Positions 54,577 through 63,580 of a stretch of DNA of 64,000 bases are shown piece by piece (positions within the stretch are counted from its first letter, which is position 1; each line of letters begins with the position of its first letter). The translations under genes were made by a program, and so were the position numbers. Under the pieces are notes generated by a model, which worked only from the letters and a program-made list of their open reading frames with translations, did not search any database and was not told where the DNA came from. The DNA is from Methanosarcinales archaeon (GTDB lineage: Archaea > Halobacteriota > Methanosarcinia > Methanosarcinales > Methanocomedenaceae). The DNA lies in assembly GCA_021108405.1 (NCBI GenBank), contig JAIOQW010000336.1:1777-65776 (forward strand), read 5' to 3'.

Positions 54577-54998
54577 ACACTAATTCCTCACGCATTTTTA
54601 TTGAACGGTCCTATATCTGGTTTTTTAATCCTGATAATTTTACTACTTTTGAAATTTTTGAAAGTTTGGACAATCTGAAAATTTATTACTTTCACAATAC
54701 CTTTTTTTATCTTCCTTTGATGGATATTGTGGTTCTATTTTATCAATACAAAAACATTCATTCAAAATGTAATACATACATTTCATAAATTTCAACCTCC
54801 TCTATTGATCAATCCCCCTATAATAAATGTTACTTACTTTTATATAAATTTTTCCTTCTTTTTGAGAAGTTCAATATGTTACAGAGTTGTGGGAGATAGC
54901 TTCCCTAACAACCCATTGAACCCAATTTCAGCAACGGCATTGTAATTGGTTGTCTGAAAAGATTCTGACATCACAATCACGGCCAGGCTCTGATACTC

Positions 54999-55937
54999 TC
55001 AACATATCGCATATTTTCTATACGTCATGGCGTCCAGGCGATTAGTTTCCAAAATATCCATCAGCATCTTCAAATCATTTGAGGTGGGCTGACACTTTTT
55101 GGTGGGAGAGATTACTTTTACATCACTTTTTACAAAAAGAGCACCTCCATGCATATTAGCGCACATGTATCCCCGGGTCTTTCGTGTAAGTATCAGGTTT
55201 CCTGCACGCATATTGGCTGCTGCAAACTCACCTACATTACCTTTTACCACCACAGTACCGCCAGAAAGTAGCGTCCCTGTGTTCATGCCTGCATTTCCTT
55301 CAATACTGATAATGCCGTTTTTCATGAGTATTCCAGTACTGAGTGCCACATCCCCTATAATCTCAATATTAGCATTTCTGCTATTTCGAGCTCCTATTGT
55401 ATCCCTGAGAACACCATCTGCCAGTCTCAAGGATGGTATTTCCCCCTCATTGATGATATTTTTGGTATGATAGAATTCATCATCTTCCATTCCATTTTGA
55501 AGGATATCTGTAATAGACCTGAAACATCTATAACCATTCATATCAGAAACAACTTCAACTATATTTCCCATTGGTTCAGATACGACCCCTGATACATATA
55601 TTCTACCTGATACCATGCTGATACCCATACGGGTGCCTGTATCCCCATCGATAATAATATTGCCGGTCTCTATAGCCTTTCCACTGCCTCCGAAATATTT
55701 TAGGTCTACTCCGAGGCTTGAGGCCAGACGGCTGCCTGGATTGCCTGTTATGTGGACGTCACCTCCTGATATCAGATGCTCTACCAGGTCCTTGTAAGTA
55801 TGATCACTACCGGATTGATCAGGGATAGGTGTGCTTGGTTCAAGTTCCAAGCCTTTGTGCTGCCAGTAGAAATTATAGGTGAAATCGCACAGGCAGCTTA
55901 CAGGAGATGTGATCTTAAGTGTTAGTGTGTCTGTCAT
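54999..55937 (-). CDS. GXGXG-motif beta-helix protein (formylmethanofuran dehydrogenase subunit C / glutamate synthase domain-3 family)
   Basis: Repeated G.(V/I)...G..G......G....V.G rungs (HITGNPGSRLASSLG, IIDGDTGTRMG, IEGNAGMNTG, VVKGNVGEFAA). It is a lone gene with no other fwd/fmd subunits nearby. Confidence 0.6.
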   Translation of the reverse strand: MTDTLTLKITSPVSCLCDFTYNFYWQHKGLELEPSTPIPDQSGSDHTYKDLVEHLISGGDVHITGNPGSRLASSLGVDLKYFGGSGKAIETGNIIIDGDTGTRMGISMVSGRIYVSGVVSEPMGNIVEVVSDMNGYRCFRSITDILQNGMEDDEFYHTKNIINEGEIPSLRLADGVLRDTIGARNSRNANIEIIGDVALSTGILMKNGIISIEGNAGMNTGTLLSGGTVVVKGNVGEFAAANMRAGNLILTRKTRGYMCANMHGGALFVKSDVKVISPTKKCQPTSNDLKMLMDILETNRLDAMTYRKYAIC

Positions 55938-55964
55938 ATGTATTGATTGTTCTACTTCATTTAA

Positions 55965-56749
55965 TTATTTATCGAAATCAAATAATAACCATTTCCACAT
56001 GGGAACATATTTTATCTTGAATCCCTTTATCTCTTCTTCACTTTCGAAATCGTCTGTGATTATGAGTCCTTTCGTCAATTTAAACTCCTTCATAGCCCGT
56101 ATCAATGATCTTATTTCCCTTTCCTTTGTTTCCATACTGGTGATGCCATGACAGACCTGAATCAACTGTATCACGTCCAGGCCTTCCTTTACAACAAAAT
56201 CAACTTCTCTTTGCTGGTAATCCTTCCAGTAATATATCTCGATCTGTGGATTGAACGATTGTCTTTTTTTTAATTCTACTGCTATGATGTTCTCCATGAT
56301 CTTGCTGAGATTTTCCAAGAACCTGATACGATTACTTTTGCCTCGCTCCGCTCATGCACCCCTCTTGCAAACCTTTCCCACTCCGGGATATTCTGTATCT
56401 CATCTAAAAATATGAAAGGTTTGCTTTTCGGTTTTACTTTTTCCAGATAGGTGTTGTAGGTATCTATCATTAATTCAAGATTTCTTTGCCAGTAACGTTC
56501 GTCCTCAAAATTAACTATAAGGGTGTCAGCATTTTGCTGATCGATCAATTGTCTGGCGATCTGTTTTATAAGAGTTGACTTCCCGCTTCGCCTAATTCCT
56601 GCTATGCAGATTATCTGGTTTGTTTTTGTAATAAGGCTTATAAGAGTGTTCAGGTATTCTTTCCTTGTTATCCCTGTATTTATTTCCTTAGCCCAAAAAT
56701 TCCAGTCTGAAAGGATTTCGATTATCTGGTTTTTTTGTATCCACTTCAA
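55965..56749 (-). pseudogene. AAA ATPase (DUF4143 family) with internal deletion and frameshift
   Basis: Track ORF 56282..56749 has the P-loop GIRRSGKSTLIKQ and Walker B FIFLDEIQ, and ends ..VIVSGSWKISARSWRTS*. The overlapping ORF 55965..56318 in another frame resumes at ..ENLSKIMENIIAVEL...YYWKDYQQREVDFVV...VPMWKWLL. The ~150 aa normally between these parts are absent. Confidence 0.75.
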
Positions 56750-56790
56750 AAAGTATGGTATTTTGACATTTGTGATCGGTTAAGGAATTT

Positions 56791-56880
56791 TAATCCGTGT
56801 TAATCTGTGTTACCTGCACGCCCTTTAGGCGTAGCAGGCACTCAACTCCGTAGGAGTTGAGTGTATCCGTGTCTGAAAAA
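56791..56880 (-). repeat. Family B element, copy B4
   Basis: TAATCCGTGTTAATCTGTGTTACCTGCACGCCCTTTAGGCGTAGCAGGCACTCAACTCCGTAGGAGTTGAGTGTATCCGTGTCTGAAAAA. The stem of hairpin 1 carries a C:G pair where B2a and B3 have T:A. Confidence 0.9.
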
Positions 56881-56984
56881 ACATTTTTTGACTTTATCAA
56901 GATTACTTTCTATTCTATATAATGTATAACCCTGGATAAGAATCGTAAACAATGTACACTTTCTTGTTAGAATGTACTTTTTTT

Positions 56985-57015
56985 TAGACACAGATTAACA
57001 CGGATTTACACAGAT
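56985..57015 (+). repeat. Three phased octamers ACAC(A/G)GAT (family B terminus, opposite orientation)
   Basis: TAGACACAGATTAACACGGATTTACACAGAT. The octamers recur at exactly 10-nt spacing. Confidence 0.8.
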
Positions 57016-57219
57016 TTTTCAAGAGGCAATATTTCATTAAAAAAATTAGTAAATTATCATGATTCTTAAAGAGGTACTAATTACCCTTAGATTTGAAGTG
57101 GATACGTTTTTTTGCATAATTTACTATTATGTGGATTAAATATTTAAGTTTTTAGTTCACATGTGGGTTAAAAACCGTGTTTTTAGATTTATTTGTGGGT
57201 TAAAATTATAGATTTTTAA

Positions 57220-57321
57220 TAGTATTTCAAGTATAACTTGAATCGACAATACTTTGAATTTTCTAATCTTCGGCTCTTTTAAGAGCCTCAGTCAAGAAAA
57301 TCCGACCAGAGGGAGGATTTT
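57220..57321 (-). repeat. Family A element, copy A6
   Basis: TTCAAGT-ATA-ACTTGAA palindrome, TTTTCTAATCTTCG, the hairpin GGCTCTT-TT-AAGAGCC, then CAGTCAAGAAAATCCGACCAGAGGGAGGATTTT. Confidence 0.9.
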
Positions 57322-57373
57322 ATTCTAGTCGCTGACCTAAATCCTTTTATCATACCAGGATATTCTATATCAT

Positions 57374-58456
57374 ATGAGACTATGGGCTGTTAAAGTACCA
57401 AGAACAATGGCAGAACATGTACGCAGGCGTCTGCTTATAGCTGGTCTGATACATCCTGATGCAAAGATATGCCAGGATGGCCATTTTATTTTTATCCCGG
57501 TAATAAAAAAGCCAGATATGTCTCTATTGAATGATAATATTGATAATGCCGATAATATTGATAACATAACTATTATCGAATCTGACTTTGAACCCAATTA
57601 TCACAACAACAGGCCATCTTTAGAGGATGAGCTGGGTTTTTCTCCTGCATATGATATTATAGGGGACATAGCCCTAATTGATATCGATGACCAAGACGCC
57701 GGGAAGATCGCAAATGCCTTAATATTATGTAAAAAAAATATTAAGGTCGTATTAGGAACTGCAGGTCCTGTGTCAGGCGAGTTCAGGACCAGGGATCTGG
57801 TTGTTTTGGCTGGTGAACACAGGACGCATACAATTCATACTGAGTTTGGATGCCGTTATAAACTTGATCTGTCCCTGGTTTATTTTTCACATAGGCTGGG
57901 TACGGAACGAAAACGGGTAGTTGATACTGTAAGGCCCCAGCAAAAAGTAATAGACCTGTTTGCCGGAGTGGGACCTTTTAGCATACTTATTGCAAAGAGC
58001 GTTCCAGGGACGAGTGTGGTAGCAGTGGACAAGAACCCGAAAGCTGTGCAGTTCTTAAAAGAGAACATAAGGTTAAACAAACTTGATAATGTTGTGGCAG
58101 TAGAAGATGATGCGAGACAAGCCGCCAATGAATTTAGATATTGTGCAGACCATGTTATTATGAACCTGCCCCATTCTTCCAGGGAGTTTCTTAATAGTGG
58201 TATGATGGTAGTAAAAAACGGCGGCCTGGTACATTTCTATGATATTACTCCCGAAGATGATCTTTATGGAACTTCATGGGAGATCATACAGGATACAGCA
58301 ATCAGTATTGGAAGAAAGGTCGAATGTGTAGAAAAAAGAATTGTAAGGTCTTATGCACCACATCAGTATAATGTGTATATAGGATTTCGTCTTATTGATC
58401 CGAATATGCGGGGGGAGGGATTCGAACCCTCGCACTCCTACGAGAATGGGTCCTAA
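57374..58456 (+). CDS. trm5: tRNA (guanine37-N1)-methyltransferase Trm5 (Met-10+ family)
   Basis: YDIIGDIALI, VIDLFAGVGPFSI (SAM motif), IMNLPHSS (NLP catalytic motif). The last ~17 codons read antisense through tRNA-Leu. Confidence 0.8.
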   Translation: MRLWAVKVPRTMAEHVRRRLLIAGLIHPDAKICQDGHFIFIPVIKKPDMSLLNDNIDNADNIDNITIIESDFEPNYHNNRPSLEDELGFSPAYDIIGDIALIDIDDQDAGKIANALILCKKNIKVVLGTAGPVSGEFRTRDLVVLAGEHRTHTIHTEFGCRYKLDLSLVYFSHRLGTERKRVVDTVRPQQKVIDLFAGVGPFSILIAKSVPGTSVVAVDKNPKAVQFLKENIRLNKLDNVVAVEDDARQAANEFRYCADHVIMNLPHSSREFLNSGMMVVKNGGLVHFYDITPEDDLYGTSWEIIQDTAISIGRKVECVEKRIVRSYAPHQYNVYIGFRLIDPNMRGEGFEPSHSYENGS

Positions 58457-58491
58457 GCCCATCGCCTTTGACCTGGCTGGGCCACCCCCGC
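58407..58491 (-). tRNA. tRNA-Leu (TAG)
   Basis: Manual fold of the reverse complement: GCGGGGG/CCCCCGC acceptor, anticodon arm ATGGG-CTTAGGA-CCCAT, long variable arm TCTCGTAGGAGTGC, T-arm GAGGG-TTCGAAT-CCCTC, discriminator A. 85 nt. Confidence 0.9.
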
Positions 58492-58614
58492 AAATGGTAT
58501 TGAACAGACTAAATGCTGTGGGTAAGGTCTTAGATAGTCTTTCGTAGATTTAATAGCTTTGGTGGTCTTTTACAAAAATAGATATGGTATGTTTGTCATA
58601 TACTGTAAAATAGA

Positions 58615-59415
58615 ATGAAAAATCCGGAACATGACCCTAATTTATTAGAAATAGAAAAAAGAATAGGATACCATTTCAAAGATAAAAATCTGGGTATTAC
58701 AGCAATAACTACTCGTGCATACTCTAATCAACACCCCGAATGTACAGATAACCAGGCAATGGAATACCTGGGAGATGCCGTATTATCTCTTGTTATTGCT
58801 GAACTATTATACGAAAAATGGATGCATCTTAAGGATAATGAAGCTTTCCTGGACCTGACACCGGAAGGCGTAATGTCAAAGATAAGGCAGGAGATAGTAA
58901 ATAACCAGTATCTATCTGACTGTGCAAACAAGCATGATCTATGTAAATATATCTACAATTGTCCTGATGACCATAGTGCTCGTAACAGCAATCTGACCAT
59001 CTGTTCCGGTGGTGATATTATTGAAGCTTTGATCGCTGCAATATATCTTGATAATAGCAAATTAGTTACCAGAGCAAAACGGTTTATCCTTGATTTTCTA
59101 AATATCTCAAATCTTCTTAATAATGAACCAAAACTGATCGAAGTTGTAGTACAAAAGAATCATAAAGATGTACTGATCCATAAATACCAGAAATTGAACC
59201 GATATACTCCTGTTATCGAGTATCCTGAACTTGAAGACAGGTTAAATAAGCATGATAATACCCATCATTTTGTACTTGGGATATGTATTGATGGCATACT
59301 ACTGCCAGGGGTAACAGGAGAAGGACTAAACAAAGCTGCTGCCGAGCTTGAAGCAGCAAAAGTAGCATACCAGTTCTTAGAAGCAATCGAGTGGGATCTT
59401 TCAAAAATCCATTAA
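58615..59415 (+). CDS. rnc: Bacterial-type (class 1) ribonuclease III with C-terminal dsRBD
   Basis: NQAMEYLGDAVLSLVIAELLY is the RNase III signature. The second catalytic block is GGDIIEALIAAIYLD. The dsRBD is ...HHFVLGICIDGILLPGVTGEGLNKAAAELEAAKVAYQFL. Confidence 0.75.
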   Translation: MKNPEHDPNLLEIEKRIGYHFKDKNLGITAITTRAYSNQHPECTDNQAMEYLGDAVLSLVIAELLYEKWMHLKDNEAFLDLTPEGVMSKIRQEIVNNQYLSDCANKHDLCKYIYNCPDDHSARNSNLTICSGGDIIEALIAAIYLDNSKLVTRAKRFILDFLNISNLLNNEPKLIEVVVQKNHKDVLIHKYQKLNRYTPVIEYPELEDRLNKHDNTHHFVLGICIDGILLPGVTGEGLNKAAAELEAAKVAYQFLEAIEWDLSKIH

Positions 59416-59443
59416 TAATTCAAATAGGTGCTAAGCTTTGTTG

Positions 59444-60268
59444 TTATGCTCTATACAACTTCGCAAGCAGGAGTGCATCTTGTTCTATATTAGGGCTTTC
59501 TGAGATCACTGTACCTTTTATATCATATTCTTTCCATGACTTAATAAGTCCGTGATAGTCCATGTCAGATTCTTCCAGTGTCAGGTGCTTCTTTTCGCCT
59601 TTAGGTCCATATTCAATACCAGATATGTGGATATGCATATTATCCAATCCCTCCCTGCCCAGGTGATCTTCTATTGTACTCAAAATTTTACAAAATTCTT
59701 CGTAAGAATTATTTACACCTTCTCTGGCATGCATGTGGGCGAAATCAAAACAAGGTAGTACTCCCTCAATTTCAGCACTTATCTCAAGAAGTTCAACTAA
59801 ACTTCCGAACTGTGAGACTTTACCCATGGTCTCAGGCCTCAGTAGTATATCAAGCCCCTCATTTTCCAGTTGCTTACTTAATTCCAGCAGATGTGTCTTT
59901 ACAATCCCATATACCATATCATGTGGATCATTATGATAGAAGGCAGGATGGAACACTACTCCTTTTGCACCCATTACTGCTCCGATGCGTGCCGAGGTGA
60001 GAATATGCTTCCTGCTAGCTTCTACCTTGTTCATTTCTCTTGAATTTAGATTAATATAGTATGGTGCATGGACACTGAGTGTCACATCACATTCCTCAGC
60101 TATTTTTTTTACCTTATTTGCAGTCTGAGTGCCCATTTTCACTCCACGGACAAATTCCATTTCCATGCAGTTCAGTCCCAGTTCTTTTACCTGCTTAACT
60201 CCTGATATGCTGTCTCTGGAGGAAGAACTAATTGGAATACCGGCTGTGCCGAATTGTAATTGTATCAT
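59444..60268 (-). CDS. nfo: Endonuclease IV-family AP endonuclease (TIM barrel)
   Basis: LGLNCMEMEF, LSVHAPYYINL, VVFHPAF, LRPETMG, FDFAHMHA, HIHISG are the Nfo metal-ligand pattern. Confidence 0.75.
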   Translation of the reverse strand: MIQLQFGTAGIPISSSSRDSISGVKQVKELGLNCMEMEFVRGVKMGTQTANKVKKIAEECDVTLSVHAPYYINLNSREMNKVEASRKHILTSARIGAVMGAKGVVFHPAFYHNDPHDMVYGIVKTHLLELSKQLENEGLDILLRPETMGKVSQFGSLVELLEISAEIEGVLPCFDFAHMHAREGVNNSYEEFCKILSTIEDHLGREGLDNMHIHISGIEYGPKGEKKHLTLEESDMDYHGLIKSWKEYDIKGTVISESPNIEQDALLLAKLYRA

Positions 60269-60728
60269 ATAATTACCACTATCAGAAGATTATATAATAA
60301 TATGTATTGCGGCAAATTCATCATTATCATGACTATTATGAAAAAGTATTTATAGATTAACTGATAATGTATATTTGATGGGGAGTATTTTAGATCTTAT
60401 TCCCACCCAACAGTATATATCCGTCAAATATACCTCCCTAAAATATCTGCCCATCCTTATTTTTTTGTAGACTTTTCAATTTCTTCCAGAATTTATCAAC
60501 AACTCACCCACACTACCAAAAATTCCTGCTTTACCTTTTCGGGGGGTTGCTCAAAAATACCCAATGTCCTGTTTATCATCTTTCTCTTTTACGCTTCAAG
60601 GCACGCCAGTAACACACCAAGTCAACGACCTCAGGCTGGAAAGCCCGAGGTATCTGGACCATGCTCATTGCTTTGACTTTTTTATTTTTTATGAGCTATT
60701 TTTCGAATTCGGCACGCATTTTCGGCTT

Positions 60729-61013
60729 TTAGTTACCCGTTGATTTTATTATGTTTCCGTTTTCATCTATTGTGACTTTACTCACAATGGGAATTTTTGC
60801 CCCATCTTCAGCAGTTACAGTTTTCTTGAAAGTAAATACCTTTGCATTTGTAGGTGTTTTTTTAGGATGTTCTAGTCCCAATTTTCTTTCCACTTTTTGG
60901 GGAATACTGCGCTCCTCCTCTTGAATACTAGGTTCCACATCTTTCAATTCTGGAGATTCCTTTTTGATGTGTTCTGTTGCTATTTTTTTCAGTTGTTCTG
61001 ATGTTAAAGTCAT
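60729..61013 (-). CDS. Small hypothetical protein translationally coupled to the C25-like protease gene
   Basis: 94 aa and Lys/Glu-rich. ATGA overlap at 61010-61013 with the upstream ORF. Confidence 0.5.
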   Translation of the reverse strand: MTLTSEQLKKIATEHIKKESPELKDVEPSIQEEERSIPQKVERKLGLEHPKKTPTNAKVFTFKKTVTAEDGAKIPIVSKVTIDENGNIIKSTGN

Positions 61014-62962
61014 TCTATCTCCTCCAATTTTAATAGCGGGTCGGCAAACATCACAAATTCTAATAACGTCTTTTTACCAGTTGCATCAAGATAACCATAC
61101 ATGCGAATAGTCTCAAGTGCAAAGTCTTGTTTAGCCCTAATAAAAGCCTCTCCAAAAGTGAGGCCTTCTTTGATATGTTCATAGAATTTCAACACAATAA
61201 GATCTGCATCGGTACTGGGCGGTGATAACGGTCCATAAGCAATCTTAGTTGAACCCACAAAACAAGCTGCCTTTTTTTCCAAGAACTTCAGCGAGATAGC
61301 TTCATCCACACTCTTGTTAATAATATTTGCCCCGTAGCAAGCCTCGGTGCAAATAACTGCATTTTCGACATTCGCATTAGCTAAGTTGTCCGGACTAAAT
61401 GCAACGGGATATCTTGAACCCTCTTGCCCATACCAATTAGGGGTTTCTTCCGAACCATGAACATTAAAATAAAAATATCCTTTATCATTGATCCAGTCTA
61501 TTTGCAGGTTGTTACTGAGGACAGGTGGTGACAATTTTAATTCTTGACCAGATTTTATTGCATCATAAACAGACTCAGACGCCCATCTCCAGACCTTCGC
61601 AGATATACCAAAAGAAGATTTCTTTGCCCTTTTAATCCTGGATGTGATTGCTTCCAATAAAGAAATTAAAAATGAGGCATTCGTAGAACTGTCATCAGGC
61701 AACCTTCCCAATGCGCGTTCGGGTATGAGAATATCCTCATCTCTGGAAGTATAAGGATTGTCAGAGTATACCTGGGTATCACCATCATCTCCACACGGAT
61801 TATCTATAATATGGAATGGAATTATAGAATGCCCACCCAAGATTAAAAAGTTATTTGGGACAAGTTTTTTATCCAGATCGTCGATCAATTCTTTTATTTT
61901 GGTAGCATCTTTCGGATCAACAGGATTTAACTCATATGGAGATAAACAGTTTTCATCATCCACATATATCAGATATCCAGTAAAACCAACATTACTTAAA
62001 GCTTGTATGTAACCATTAATTTTTTGTTCAATCTGATTAAATGCATCTTCTCCGTATTTATCAATCAACTGTCCCTTGCTACTTATTATTAATGCGGAAG
62101 GATTTGAAGTTGTTCTAAGCCAATTTAATGAGTTTTGTATTAATTTTTGCTGTATGTCAGGTTCGTCAATGTCATCTATATCAAAGGCGAAGTAAACTAT
62201 TCGACCGCCATTTTCCGATTCATATGTTATTAGCCCGTATGAGATACTTGCTATACTCTCTTTTACAAGGTTACCTTCGTAGGCAACATGAGACCAGTTA
62301 TATATACCTGTGGCATCTGGTAAAATCCTGACTGCGTTTGCATCTCCTGACTTATCACCGAGTTCAGTTGGCGTGAAGCCAATGGTTTCAGGAAGAATAT
62401 TGGGTGTGGTCGCAATTGGATGCGTATTTTCTAATTTCAAATCGCCAACATCGTGATATACCCAACAAGAGTATCCCCCACAATTTCTTTCTGCATGAAG
62501 CACCTTTTCTTGAAATTCGCGATCTACGATTGTTATTCCTGTTTCCCTGATCCATCCCGCAATATTTCCACCCTCAAGTATCAGACGCCCTCCTTGAGCT
62601 ACATAATCAATAAGCATCTGCTTGCTGTTAACATCACCTATGGCAGAATAATCATCCCCGCAGCTCCAGACTACAATATCATAACTGCTCCATGTTGAAT
62701 ATGATGTATCCTTTGCTTGTTCAACTCTCACTTCATCTCCCATGTTCTGAAATGCCGACATGAACACAAGCACGCTCTGATCGTCTTCGAAATGTATATC
62801 ATTGTCACCATTTATTATTAAAACGGTTTTTCCTTTTCTTGCTGCTTTGGCTTTGGCTGCTGCTTTATCTGCTACTTTGGCTGCTCTGGCTTTGGCTACT
62901 TCTAAGGGTACGGGTAAATCTGTTAGTTCTTCTGCCGGAGGTTTTATAAATTCATTGTTCAT
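61010..62962 (-). CDS. Cytoplasmic multidomain protein: A/K-rich tail, GATase1/ThuA-like domain, gingipain-like (peptidase C25-type) His-Cys domain
   Basis: No signal peptide. The N-terminus is ..EVAKARAAKVADKAAAKAKAARKGK. The ThuA-like block is TVLIINGDND...DIVVWSCGDD...GGRLILEGGN. The C25-like block has FLILGGHSIIPF, YSDNPYTSRDEDILIPERALGRLP, the His motif YFNVHGSEE and the Cys motif ICTEACYGAN. Confidence 0.55.
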   Translation of the reverse strand: MNNEFIKPPAEELTDLPVPLEVAKARAAKVADKAAAKAKAARKGKTVLIINGDNDIHFEDDQSVLVFMSAFQNMGDEVRVEQAKDTSYSTWSSYDIVVWSCGDDYSAIGDVNSKQMLIDYVAQGGRLILEGGNIAGWIRETGITIVDREFQEKVLHAERNCGGYSCWVYHDVGDLKLENTHPIATTPNILPETIGFTPTELGDKSGDANAVRILPDATGIYNWSHVAYEGNLVKESIASISYGLITYESENGGRIVYFAFDIDDIDEPDIQQKLIQNSLNWLRTTSNPSALIISSKGQLIDKYGEDAFNQIEQKINGYIQALSNVGFTGYLIYVDDENCLSPYELNPVDPKDATKIKELIDDLDKKLVPNNFLILGGHSIIPFHIIDNPCGDDGDTQVYSDNPYTSRDEDILIPERALGRLPDDSSTNASFLISLLEAITSRIKRAKKSSFGISAKVWRWASESVYDAIKSGQELKLSPPVLSNNLQIDWINDKGYFYFNVHGSEETPNWYGQEGSRYPVAFSPDNLANANVENAVICTEACYGANIINKSVDEAISLKFLEKKAACFVGSTKIAYGPLSPPSTDADLIVLKFYEHIKEGLTFGEAFIRAKQDFALETIRMYGYLDATGKKTLLEFVMFADPLLKLEEIE

Positions 62963-63331
62963 TAATCCATCTCCTATACCTGACCATACTATATACGGTT
63001 TCTATTCTATCATTTGATAGACATTTTTTTTCAATAATTTACTTGTAGAGGTTCACACATCGATAATCCTTTAATTTAGAATATAATCGAATACCATGTA
63101 ATATAAAATTTGAAAATAGATATACTTAAGTTTTTCGATAAATAAATAAGTCCAATTATATAATTCAATGCCCCCTAATTTATTTACATATCTGATGTGA
63201 TGAAAATAAATAATTTATAAAATAAAATAACTTCAAGCAAATTTTTTTCAATTTACAATATAAATATATGGAGTTGATATTAAAAAAGTGACGTGTGACA
63301 CAATTCTTACAGTTAGAGATAATGCCCACCG

Positions 63332-63360
63332 ACCTCTTGGATAGCAATACAACAAGAGGT
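63332..63360. promoter_or_regulatory. 8-bp inverted repeat (candidate RHH operator) overlapping the RBS of 63366..63548
   Basis: ACCTCTTG (63332-39) and CAAGAGGT (63353-60) are separated by 13 nt and end 5 nt before the GTG/ATG start. Confidence 0.4.
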
Positions 63361-63365
63361 ATTAA

Positions 63366-63548
63366 GTGATGGATAAGAAAAAGAAAACACACTATCCCCT
63401 GTTAAAATGTTTTCTACTTTCTGAGACTGACTATATCAAACTTGATGAGATTGCAAATGCTAACGGAGCATCAAAATCTGAGATAATCCGAAACCTGATA
63501 CGAAATGAATATCGAGAGCTGAGGAGGAATAACAATGACTGTAATTGA
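63366..63548 (+). CDS. Ribbon-helix-helix (CopG/Arc/MetJ-type) DNA-binding protein
   Basis: LLKCFLLSETDYIKLDEIANANGASKSEIIRNLIRNEY follows the beta-strand, helix, helix pattern. Confidence 0.65.
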   Translation: MMDKKKKTHYPLLKCFLLSETDYIKLDEIANANGASKSEIIRNLIRNEYRELRRNNNDCN

Positions 63549-63580
63549 ATTGATAGATATTATTATGCCGGTGGATTAAT

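Noticed and set aside
60628-60651. A 10-bp hairpin with a GGAA tetraloop (ACCTCAGGCT-GGAA-AGCCCGAGGT) in a 460-bp ORF-free spacer, considered as part of an SRP RNA or another structured RNA.
   Set aside because: The surrounding sequence is AT-rich and lacks the extended GC-rich helices of archaeal 7S RNA or RNase P RNA. It is more simply a stem ~80 nt downstream of the minus-strand operon ending at 60729. The spacer remains unexplained.
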